Assembly: GCA_019636335.1 (NCBI GenBank) | Contig: JAHBXR010000005.1 | Span: 160,197-224,196, forward strand | Reading direction: 5' to 3' | From: Pirellulales bacterium | GTDB lineage: Bacteria; Planctomycetota; Planctomycetia; Pirellulales; JAEUIK01 | DNA: 64,000 nucleotides | Shown here: piece by piece, positions 27,801 through 35,759 of the stretch | Layout: each line of letters begins with the position of its first letter | How positions within the stretch are numbered: the first letter of the stretch is position 1 | The notes under the pieces: model-generated | Databases searched by the model: none | What the model saw: only the letters and a program-made list of their open reading frames with translations | Told to the model about the DNA's origin: nothing | Position numbers and translations under genes: made by a program

Positions 27801-29975
27801 GCTGTCGCCGGCGAGCACCTTGAGCTCCTGGCACTCGCTGTTGAAGGCGTCTTGCAGCTTGTTGAAGTGCGCGCGAATCGTGGCGATCTCGTCGCTGAGC
27901 AACTGCGTGCGCCGGTCGAGTGCCGTCACATCGGCCAGATCTTCGTCCGGCCGCTCGAGCCCCTCGAGGGAAAAGGATCGATAGCGTTCGAGGAGCGGAA
28001 AGAAATCGCTCTTGAGCAGATCGTCGAGCTTCTGGGTATAGGTTTCCAGCTTCGCCTCTTCGAGGGCGGCGGGCATACGGCGGCTAAGCCAGGCGGCGAG
28101 ATAGGGGCCTTTGGCAGCGATGTCGTCGCGCAACTTGTAGGCCGCCGTCATCACGTTGCCGAGCTTCTGTGCGCGCTTGTACAAATCGTCGGCGCGGAGT
28201 ACGTCGTTTTGCGGCCCCTTGTCTTGCCCCTTGGCGCCGATGAAGAGCTTGTCCTCGGCCAGCCGCCGCTTGTCGTCGGCCGCGGAGACCGCCGGCGCGA
28301 TCCACGGCGACACGCGAAGATCGGCCGGCGCCGCCACCTGCTCGGCCAGATCACGCAAACGCACGACATTGGTGACCAGGTCCGGCGTACTCCAGTCGTC
28401 TGCTGGAAGGTAACTCGACAATAGCCTCAGAAACTGGACTTCAGCGAAGTCGTGGGCGGCGGGCGAGTCTTGTTCGAGCTGGTCGAGGGTCGCGAGGAGG
28501 GCGTTTCGCTCGACGCCCGACTGCTGCTTCTTCCAAGCATTGCGCGCGGGGGCGAGCCCCGCGGACGGTCCGCCCAATAACTCGGCCAGCGGAATCGTGG
28601 AGGCGGGATACTCCACTTCGGCCGGCCGCAATTGGGCGATCAGCCGCTTCAATTCGGCGAGGTTGCTATTACGAGCATTGCCGTAGTCGCCATCCTGCCC
28701 CGCCTCGGCCAGTTGATCTCCCCAGATCAAGCGACGTTCGAAGAGTTCCCAGCCGATCGGGTCGCGGCTCACCGCACTGGCTTCTTCAAGATCGCGGTGC
28801 TCCTGCCAGAGGTCGGCCAATTCATCGCTCGCCGCGTCGGGTAGCGTCGTGGCTTCGGCCGTTGGAGCCGCTGACGTGCTTGCTCCGAACCAGTTCGCGA
28901 GCCAGGCGAGTAGTCCCCGACTGGGCGTCTGGGCGACGATCCATTGCCGTGCCTCGGCCGGATTGCCGGCCAACAGCAGGGGCGTTTGACGGTCGACGCG
29001 GTTTTCGCTCGCCCAGGCATCGCTCTGGGTGCGGACGAAATCCTCCAGTTCGGCCAGCGTGATGTCGCTATCGGCCGAGCCACCCGGTCCGAAGCCATCG
29101 GCCTGACCGTGCAACCCCAGACTGACGAAATGGCCGAAGTTCGAACGGGCCATCTCGGGCGAAGCCCAGGCCACTTGTCCCGGCGCCGCCGCAGTCAGCA
29201 CGACCAGGTTAGGCACCTGCGCCGCTTGGAAAGCATCTTCGAGCGCCGCACCGAAACCGTTGTAAAGCTGTCCCAGCGACCAGTCCGACTCGAGACGATG
29301 CGCGTCGAGGATGAGCAGCTTCTTGCGACGGGCGAATTCCTCTTTCTTCAAGAGGGCAAACAGATCGGCCACCGGCAGCCACTCTTTATTGCTGCCGCCG
29401 CTCGGTGGTAGCAGGCAGGCACGCGGTTGGTTGCGCTCGTCGAGATCGACGACGCCGTGCATGCTCAGGTAAATCACCAGCGTCTGCTGCCGGGCCAGTC
29501 CCACCGTCTTGCCGAGCAACTTGCTCAGGCGATTGATGCCATCGGGCACATTCCGCCAGCTTTGATTCCAGTCCGTCTCTTCGATGCCGGTTCCATCGAC
29601 GACGACCAGCGATTCGTCGTGCAGATCCTTGAACTGTTCGACGTCTTCCCGCGCGAACGAGTTCGGCGGGATCGGAAAGTCGTACTTCGTGACGGCGATC
29701 GGTACAAAGGGAGACTTGCGCGCCGGATAGAACAGGTAGTAGGCGAAGGCCAGCGTCAGCCCCAGGAACAGGCCGCACAGTAAAAGAACCTTGAGGCGAT
29801 GCCGCAGATTGCGGCGTTGCACCTCGATGTCCTGTTCTTTGGTCCAGTCGCGCTGCCAGCGATGGCGTGCAATCGTCTGACTGCTCGCCGTATTGCCGCG
29901 CCAGCTCTTACGTTCTGGGGGGGACGCATCGCCGGGCGAACCTCGGTCATTCGCTCGCGGGTCACGTGGCGGCAT
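24885..29975 (-). CDS. Giant single-pass membrane protein: caspase-like (C14-fold) module lacking the catalytic Cys, long helical region, vWA domain, beta-rich C-terminus
   Basis: 1696-codon ORF with ATG at 29975. TM helix VLLLCGLFLGLTLAFAYYLFY. Caspase-like pattern TLVIYLSMHGV...KKLLILDAHRLES. vWA MIDAS motif LMFVFDCSGSMSE (~26581-26607) with RRIVVLTDGNDQQN (~26085-26125). Confidence 0.85.
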   Translation of the reverse strand: MPPRDPRANDRGSPGDASPPERKSWRGNTASSQTIARHRWQRDWTKEQDIEVQRRNLRHRLKVLLLCGLFLGLTLAFAYYLFYPARKSPFVPIAVTKYDFPIPPNSFAREDVEQFKDLHDESLVVVDGTGIEETDWNQSWRNVPDGINRLSKLLGKTVGLARQQTLVIYLSMHGVVDLDERNQPRACLLPPSGGSNKEWLPVADLFALLKKEEFARRKKLLILDAHRLESDWSLGQLYNGFGAALEDAFQAAQVPNLVVLTAAAPGQVAWASPEMARSNFGHFVSLGLHGQADGFGPGGSADSDITLAELEDFVRTQSDAWASENRVDRQTPLLLAGNPAEARQWIVAQTPSRGLLAWLANWFGASTSAAPTAEATTLPDAASDELADLWQEHRDLEEASAVSRDPIGWELFERRLIWGDQLAEAGQDGDYGNARNSNLAELKRLIAQLRPAEVEYPASTIPLAELLGGPSAGLAPARNAWKKQQSGVERNALLATLDQLEQDSPAAHDFAEVQFLRLLSSYLPADDWSTPDLVTNVVRLRDLAEQVAAPADLRVSPWIAPAVSAADDKRRLAEDKLFIGAKGQDKGPQNDVLRADDLYKRAQKLGNVMTAAYKLRDDIAAKGPYLAAWLSRRMPAALEEAKLETYTQKLDDLLKSDFFPLLERYRSFSLEGLERPDEDLADVTALDRRTQLLSDEIATIRAHFNKLQDAFNSECQELKVLAGDSGKNDTDKLRRIAAVLSVPLVDAQDRASLRANYKLISETRNHAWKEKDKSATAPRPEGTKREDLQLTRLKKWDDVSHPAIAVLRAALPADKDAVWETAGSDRLSDLARQGALLRQRLGLGLQGVSNFAAAAQADGIAKFRQNAELQKNSTARAGFGQADHMLRTVAALGPALDAQRKDPHLPLQAFDRCFLFRWQARRAMDDFYGSPAPEEDYFLRASTKYLAAAAQAMKVFCGSDAPNLGELALLEERRVAAGEIARFPQAEELAPGDGDIEHQLLVVPQPGLPAGEMAVYLEREGVETSRLQLIRPEANGFDSTDYRPAVPTAANPATSDGSYELNYSIRQPEPGKNSLRGARVRAVAYLRGHLSEEPLLSDPLLVEFRPPPYVPPTVLVNRSRFKTGELMFVFDCSGSMSEPTADGQRFDIARKVLLGVDEKGGVLDRLAGTGLYRVGLRIYGHRVGWVPQDPNDTRPPQVRRNPAILELHPQDVNHDLYRQKLARIRPGNDVDRLLPIGNFTQTELNEIRKLFFNASFKPWGITPLYYSIAQALEQDFLGGGAAAERRIVVLTDGNDQQNQDRDLPPADRMDAATLSARFKEYRQQHPGQEVKLDIVGFHVEEAPVLRGIARETGGEFHRASNPQELLNSLEQSLGLSNYVVVPGSGKEIGPGDFGKPLPIDPPPRKKTPYTVRVNKSTSETGVELEGGEAIELTLTDVGKLEHKRYRHEIRQTVENLLNPDQAGPREIFLGSHQPPARVGEERRFLISVQNQDETKFSPRPAEVWAEITPVFKSSTQPAPTYTFFDAYFEPQRPVPVLGFEVPRWPSEAAEAEVTLWCKYTRTLPDHEVYVADVANQPGLSLDKRSIPGLPEVTFDVKVGAVGDPVDEVSEVVVTVKQSGTGRDPVKVTMNPPPVAVQHQYFDSNRSVRHRFRFEGVPRAQLLDKLARTYSIEFTSAERLKEGAITPPEPFRVVIPD

Positions 29976-30142
29976 ATAGACTCCCCATTCGCGGAGTTCG
30001 GCTCAGGGGGGTAAAAGAAGTTGCCCTACGACGCGGGGTAGGCAAACCACCCATCCGGCACCATCTAATCAGATGCGTCCGGAACGATCAAGCAACGTGG
30101 CCTGATCCGCCACCCGCGTCCACACGTCGACGTAGGAGTGGC

Positions 30143-30451
30143 TTAAGCGGGTTCGAGCACCTGCAATTGCGTGCTGGTGACCATCGCTTTCACGCGGCCC
30201 CGATAGGCCAGCATGTGCGGCGCCATGAGATGCGCCTCCAAGGCGGCCAGATCGCGCCATTTCTCGACGACGATCACCGCGTTCTCGCGCACCGGCCCCT
30301 GGGCGGGCAGCAACGTGGGAATATCGATCGCGGCGCCATATTCCACGCAGCCCTCTTCGGCCTGCACCAGCGGCACCAGCGCCGCAAATTCCTGGAGGAA
30401 CGCCGAACGGCTTCCCGGCGTCAGTTCGATGGTCGCGATCACGTGAATCAT
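30143..30451 (-). CDS. ABM-domain (antibiotic biosynthesis monooxygenase / YgiN-like) protein
   Basis: ORF 30143..30496. I prefer ATG 30451 (MIHVIATIELTPGSRSAFLQEF...VIVVEKWRDLAALEAHLMAPHM). About 100 aa, ferredoxin-like ABM pattern. Confidence 0.8.
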   Translation of the reverse strand: MIHVIATIELTPGSRSAFLQEFAALVPLVQAEEGCVEYGAAIDIPTLLPAQGPVRENAVIVVEKWRDLAALEAHLMAPHMLAYRGRVKAMVTSTQLQVLEPA

Positions 30452-30529
30452 GGGGGAGCGTCCTGGGCGCGAAGGTGTCATCCCTGACCGGAGCACTCGC
30501 GTCCGGCAGCACCAGTGTATCGCGGGCGA

Positions 30530-31909
30530 TTAATTCCACCACCAGCGATTGGCCGCGGCGGGGGCTTCTTGCGCCGTGCGAACGGCGTCGAGCGAGTCGT
30601 TCGTTTCGCTGCGCTCGGTGATCGCCCAGGGATTGATGTCGACTCCGCCCGAGACGCTGATCACGTAGTTGCGCCCCTTCTTCACGAAGCTGGCGACACT
30701 GTCCACCTGGCGCGGCGCGGGATACTTGGCCGCGGCGAGATCCGAGGGATCGAGCAGCAGCGGCATGCTATAGCCGGCCTTGGTCGTCAGGTCCTCGCGC
30801 GCGACGAGGGCCGCCACGACGGCCAGATCCATCACGTTCCGCAACTCGGCGAAGATCGGCTCGGCCAGGGCGAGCTCGTCGTACTTCTCGGTCATCGTGT
30901 CGGCCCAGCGCTGGGCCACGGGACTTGCATGGCCCGTGGTCTGACGCACGCCCTGCTCGTTGAAGAACGCATCTTCCGTCATGGCCTTGACCGAAGCGCC
31001 GCGCAGCTCCCAGGCCAACCCGTCGGCGTCGCGCAGCATCGGCTCGTAGTTGGGGGCCATCCACCAGCGTGGCATCATGTTGCCCCCCGGCTTGGCCATC
31101 TGCAGAAAGCTCGGCATCCCGGGCACCGGCGAGGGATCGAAGCCCATGCCCAAACGTTTCATTCGGTAGTCGGCAGCCACCAGCACGCGGGCGAAGTGAC
31201 TGTCGGCCGGCACGCCCCCGACGGAAATCTGTTGCGGGCCGAGTTGCTCTTCGAGCGCCGCCATCGTGACCTGGGGGTTTGCGCCGATCTCGCGCAGCCC
31301 CTTCACGAACGTTTGCAATCGTGCCATGCCGTCGGCGGTCGGGTCGATCGAGCAGGTAATGGCCGACGGCGACTGGCGATTCACCGAGCGCAGGGCGACC
31401 ACGAGATCGTCGAGTTGCATCACGGGCAAACCCGACGTGGCGCCAACGACCGCCCCATGCGGCTCGACGCGCCAGCCTTCGGCCGGACCGGCGAGCACGA
31501 TGTCTTGCTGTTCGGGATAGACGAACACGTAGCGAATGCGCTGCAAGCCGGCGAGGTACTGCATCTCTTGCGGCAGGGGCTTACCCGTCTTCAGGTGCTC
31601 GGCCAGCGCCGCTTCCAGCCGACGCAACGACACCTTACGCAGCTCCGCCGGTTCGTTCAGATCGCCGGGGATTTGCTCGAGGGTCGACTTGCGCAGTTGC
31701 TGCAACTTGCCGAGGGCGTCGGTCTCGGCATTGCCGACGACGCCATTGGCATCGACGAAGACACCACCCACGGGCTGCGTTACGAACCCGACGCCGGTCG
31801 TCTGCGCCAGGGTCGAGGCCTCGAAACAAGCGCCTGTGAGAAGGGCCGCAAGCGAAGTGGCGGCGAGCCAGAATTTACGGCGCGCACGAGGTGCCGGCGC
31901 GAATGCCAT
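30530..31909 (-). CDS. Secreted hypothetical protein, resembles the planctomycete DUF1598 family (family name from memory)
   Basis: ORF 30530..32092. I prefer ATG 31909 (MAFAPAPRARRKFWLAATSLAALLTGACFEA signal). Conserved-looking core: LRKVSLRRLEAALAEHLKTGKPLPQEMQYLAGLQRIRYVFVYPEQQDIVLAGPAEGW. Confidence 0.7.
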   Translation of the reverse strand: MAFAPAPRARRKFWLAATSLAALLTGACFEASTLAQTTGVGFVTQPVGGVFVDANGVVGNAETDALGKLQQLRKSTLEQIPGDLNEPAELRKVSLRRLEAALAEHLKTGKPLPQEMQYLAGLQRIRYVFVYPEQQDIVLAGPAEGWRVEPHGAVVGATSGLPVMQLDDLVVALRSVNRQSPSAITCSIDPTADGMARLQTFVKGLREIGANPQVTMAALEEQLGPQQISVGGVPADSHFARVLVAADYRMKRLGMGFDPSPVPGMPSFLQMAKPGGNMMPRWWMAPNYEPMLRDADGLAWELRGASVKAMTEDAFFNEQGVRQTTGHASPVAQRWADTMTEKYDELALAEPIFAELRNVMDLAVVAALVAREDLTTKAGYSMPLLLDPSDLAAAKYPAPRQVDSVASFVKKGRNYVISVSGGVDINPWAITERSETNDSLDAVRTAQEAPAAANRWWWN

Positions 31910-32280
31910 GGGTTCGGTCCCTGTTCGATTAGATGGGCGCGCGGTCGTGGGCGCTCTGTTCCGGATAAAACGACCAACTTCAAGGGTAATCACGTCCCCC
32001 GGGAGACGCAAGAAAACAGCGTTCCCCAATCGAACCCCCTGTCGCTCGCTAGTCGCCGGCGCCAGCGAGGGATGCGGCCACCGCGGCCACATCCCGTGGG
32101 CCGGTATACTTGGGGAGGCGATAAGGCTAAGGTGGATAGTTGGTGGCGTACTTCCGATTTTGATCCACGTTCGGCCGGCCGTAGGAACGTTCGTTCCCGG
32201 AACCGGCTCGGCCGGCGAAGCAGAGCCCCGTGGCGCCAGGGCTTACTACTTGTAAGCACGGCGGCCGCATGTCCTGATGC

Positions 32281-34386
32281 ATGTCTATGCTCGCCTATTT
32301 GGTGATTCGCGAAGGCACGAAATGGACCGACGTCTACCGGTTGCTCCCCGGTCAGACGGCGACGATCGGCCGCGCGCCGACGAACCAGATCGTCCTCAAG
32401 GACGAGCGTTGCAGTCGCCATCACGCCGAAGTGTTTCTCTCCGAGGGGCGCTGGACCCTCCGCGATCTCGACAGCCGCAACGGCACGGCCATCGGCGAGC
32501 TGGCCGTGCGCGGCGACCACCCCCTCTCGCCGGGCGAGGTCATTCGGATCGGCAAGTCGCAACTGGCGTTCGTCCACGATCTGTCGAAGGCCTTTGCCGA
32601 TTCGAGCACCGTGCTCGACTCTCCGCTGAAGGCCTCGCACGTGCTGCCCGCCGCGAAGGCCACGACCCCGCTGCGCCGCACCGTCGACGATGCCAGCGTG
32701 TTGTCGCCGCACGAACCGACGACGATCACGCATCGCCGCGGCGAGACACGTTTTCTCGCCGCCGAGGCGCCGTCGTCCGACGATAGCGGCATCTCGCGCG
32801 CCGGCCAGGCCGCGGCGCGACTCTGCCGTCTCGGCTTCGAGCTGGCCAAATCCCCCGACGTCGCGTCGATCGCCAATCTGGCGCTCGACGGTTTATTCGA
32901 AGCCACCCAAGTCGACACGGGCGCCTTGCTGCTCTTTCCACGCTCGGACGTCGAGGGGCCGACCGGCGAATCGCTCGAGGTCATCTCGGCGCGCACGACG
33001 ACGAACGAGCCCTACTACCGCGTGTCGAACTTTCTGGCCGACACCGTGCTGCGCGAGGGAGAAGCGGTACTGGCCCGCAACGTGATGGGAGACAGCACGC
33101 TCACCCGTCGCGACAGCAAGGGAGAGATCCACGCCACGAGCGTGATCTGTGCCCCGGTGCGCCGCGGCGAGAAGCTATTCGGCCTGCTGCATCTCTACTC
33201 GTCCGACGCCGCGCGCGTGCTCGATCCCGAGGATCTCGAATTCACGCTGGCCGTGGCCGAGAGCGTGGCCGTGGCGCTGCACAACCTGGGACGCCGCCAG
33301 GAACTGGCCGAGAACCTGAGCGTCGTGCGGGACGAAAACGCGCAGCTTCGCGAACGCCTGGGGGTCGAGAGCGAGATCGTCGGCCACAGCGAAGCCATCA
33401 TGCGCGTGAACGAGGAGATCGCCCGCGCGGCGCCCAGCCGCGCTACGGTCCTCATCCGAGGCGAAAGTGGCTGCGGCAAGGAGCTCGTTGCCCGGGCCAT
33501 GCACTACGCCAGTCCGCGGCGCAAGGGGGTCTTCGTTTGCTTGAACTGCGCCGCGCTGACCGAAAGCCTGCTCGAAAGCGAGCTGTTCGGGCACGAACGG
33601 GGCGCGTTCACCGGCGCCACCGAGCGCAAGATCGGCAAGTTCGAGGCGGCCCATCGCGGCACGCTCATGCTCGACGAGATCGGCGAGATGAGTCCCACGA
33701 TCCAGGCCAAGTTCCTGCGCGTGCTCGAGGGGCATCCCTTCGAGCGCGTCGGCGGCAGCGAGCAGGTGAAGGTCGACGTGCGCGTCATCGCCGCCACGAA
33801 TCGCGATCTCGAGAAGGATGTCGCGCGGGGAACCTTCCGCCGCGACCTCTATTTCCGGCTGGCCGTGCTCGAGATCATCGTGCCGGCCCTGCGCAAGCGG
33901 CCCGACGATATCCCCGATCTCGCGCACCACTTCCTGCACAAGTACACCTCGGAGACGGGGCGGCGCATTCGGGGCTTCACTCAAGCGGCGATGGACCTGT
34001 TGATCCGCTACCGCTGGCCGGGCAATGTCCGCGAGTTGAAGAACGTCATCGAGCGGGCGGTCGTGCTGGCGCGCAGCGACGTGATCGATCAAGAAGATCT
34101 GCTCCTCTCGAAACTCCCCACGGCGGGCGATACCGTCGACAACCCGCCGCAGGTCGAGTCGACCGCCTATGTGCCCCTCTCGCTTGAAGAGGTCGAGCGG
34201 CGGCATATCCTGGCCACGCTGCGCTCGACCGGCTGGAACAAGAGCCAGACGGCCACGATCCTGGGCATCGAACGTTCGACGCTCGATCGCAAGATCCGCC
34301 GCTACGAGCTCGCCCGCTCGGGCAGCATGCCCGGTGGCCGGCTGCGCGCCGACGAATGGTCGCAGCCCTCGACTGATACGATCTAA
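32281..34386 (+). CDS. Sigma-54-dependent transcriptional activator with N-terminal FHA and GAF domains (FHA-GAF-AAA+-Fis HTH)
   Basis: FHA: TIGRAPTNQIVLKDERCSRHHAEVFLSEGRWTLRDLDSRNGT. AAA+: GESGCGKELVARAMH, ELFGHERGAFTGA (GAFTGA loop), LMLDEIGEM. C-terminal HTH: WNKSQTATILGIERSTLDRKIRRY. Confidence 0.92.
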   Translation: MSMLAYLVIREGTKWTDVYRLLPGQTATIGRAPTNQIVLKDERCSRHHAEVFLSEGRWTLRDLDSRNGTAIGELAVRGDHPLSPGEVIRIGKSQLAFVHDLSKAFADSSTVLDSPLKASHVLPAAKATTPLRRTVDDASVLSPHEPTTITHRRGETRFLAAEAPSSDDSGISRAGQAAARLCRLGFELAKSPDVASIANLALDGLFEATQVDTGALLLFPRSDVEGPTGESLEVISARTTTNEPYYRVSNFLADTVLREGEAVLARNVMGDSTLTRRDSKGEIHATSVICAPVRRGEKLFGLLHLYSSDAARVLDPEDLEFTLAVAESVAVALHNLGRRQELAENLSVVRDENAQLRERLGVESEIVGHSEAIMRVNEEIARAAPSRATVLIRGESGCGKELVARAMHYASPRRKGVFVCLNCAALTESLLESELFGHERGAFTGATERKIGKFEAAHRGTLMLDEIGEMSPTIQAKFLRVLEGHPFERVGGSEQVKVDVRVIAATNRDLEKDVARGTFRRDLYFRLAVLEIIVPALRKRPDDIPDLAHHFLHKYTSETGRRIRGFTQAAMDLLIRYRWPGNVRELKNVIERAVVLARSDVIDQEDLLLSKLPTAGDTVDNPPQVESTAYVPLSLEEVERRHILATLRSTGWNKSQTATILGIERSTLDRKIRRYELARSGSMPGGRLRADEWSQPSTDTI

Positions 34387-34498
34387 AAGCCTTTCTCCTG
34401 CGTACCGCGCGCATCCCGGTTCATGCTCGCGTCTCCTGGCGGGCGTCGTTACACTCATCGTCGTGACGTGAAGCAGCATCGACGTGAGGGGACGAGCC

Positions 34499-35611
34499 AT
34501 GCGCAAGAAATATCGCGCCGCGGTCATCGGGCGCACCGGTCGCGGTGATTTTGGGCACGGGATCGACGTCGTCTGGAAGGACGTGCCCGAGGTGGAGCTC
34601 GTGGCCGTAGCCGACGACGACAAGGCCGGGCTGCGCAAGGCGGCCGAGCGACTCGGCGTTGAGCAGACGTTCACCGACTACCGCGAGATGCTCGACAAGG
34701 TGAAGCCCGACGTCGTGTCGATCTGCCAGCGGTGGGTCGACAAGCATCGCGAGATGGTGGTCGAGACGGCCCAGCGCGGGATTCACATCTACCTCGAGAA
34801 GCCGCTTTGCCCGACCTTGTCCGACGCCGACGAGATGGTGGCCGCCTGCGAACGCTCGCACGTCAAACTGGCGCTGGCGCATCAGACGCGCTACAGTCCC
34901 AAGATCCCGGTGATCAAAGAGTTGCTCGAGTCGGGCAAGCTGGGGCGGATCGTCGAATTGCGCGGGCGCGGGAAAGAAGATGCCCAGCGCGGTGGTGGTG
35001 AAGATACCTGGGTGCTTGGCTCGCACATCATGGATTTGATCCGCACGTTCGGTGGCGAACCCGAGTGGTGTTTGGCCTCGGTAACGCAAGAGGGGCGGGC
35101 AATCCAAGCGAGCGATGTCATCGAGGGCAACGAAGGGCTCGGCCCCTTGGCCGGCGATGCCGTCCGCGCCATGTACGGCCTGCCCGGCGGTGTCACCGCT
35201 CATTTCAGCAGCTATCGCGGGGCAGGGGGGAACCCCTCGCGGTTCGGGCTCGAAATCTGTGGCACCGCGGGAGTGATTCGCCTGGCGACCGGCTACTTGC
35301 CCCAGGCGCGCTGGCTCGAGGATGCCAGTTGGGCCAGCGCCGCGGAGGGTACTCCCTGGAAAGACATCACCTCGGCCGGCGTCGACGTCGACGAGCCGCT
35401 GCGCGACGGGGGCGCCCAGGCCGGCAATCTGCTCGCCGTCAAAGATCTGCTGGCCGCCATCGAGGAAGAGCGCCAGCCGCTCAATAGCGTGTATGACGGG
35501 CGCGCCGACGTCGAGATGATCGTCGCCACGTTCGAAGCACAACGCCGTGGCGGGCTGGTGAGATTTCCGCTCGAGAACCGCGTGAATCCCCTGACGCGAC
35601 TCACGGGCTAG
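34499..35611 (+). CDS. Gfo/Idh/MocA family oxidoreductase
   Basis: ORF 34484..35611. I prefer ATG 34499 (MRKKYRAAVIGRTGRGDFGHG, Rossmann N-terminus). Confidence 0.85.
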   Translation: MRKKYRAAVIGRTGRGDFGHGIDVVWKDVPEVELVAVADDDKAGLRKAAERLGVEQTFTDYREMLDKVKPDVVSICQRWVDKHREMVVETAQRGIHIYLEKPLCPTLSDADEMVAACERSHVKLALAHQTRYSPKIPVIKELLESGKLGRIVELRGRGKEDAQRGGGEDTWVLGSHIMDLIRTFGGEPEWCLASVTQEGRAIQASDVIEGNEGLGPLAGDAVRAMYGLPGGVTAHFSSYRGAGGNPSRFGLEICGTAGVIRLATGYLPQARWLEDASWASAAEGTPWKDITSAGVDVDEPLRDGGAQAGNLLAVKDLLAAIEEERQPLNSVYDGRADVEMIVATFEAQRRGGLVRFPLENRVNPLTRLTG

Positions 35612-35759
35612 GCCATCGATCAATAGGGGATTCACTGGGCCACGGGGCGGTTGACACACTGCGCCCCGCCGGTCACTCTGGTCGAATTCCCACCTGCCGC
35701 GAGGGCACGCCGCGGCCCACTTGCCAAACCAGACACTCTCCGGGGCTCGGAGCATCACC

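Noticed and set aside
31910-32280. A search for a sigma54 promoter or a palindromic enhancer (UAS) in the divergent region between the DUF1598-like gene and the FHA-sigma54 activator gene.
   Set aside because: Only poor matches were found, e.g. TGGCGC-N5-CTTAC at ~32231, which lacks the -12 GC. Nothing here is good enough to annotate.
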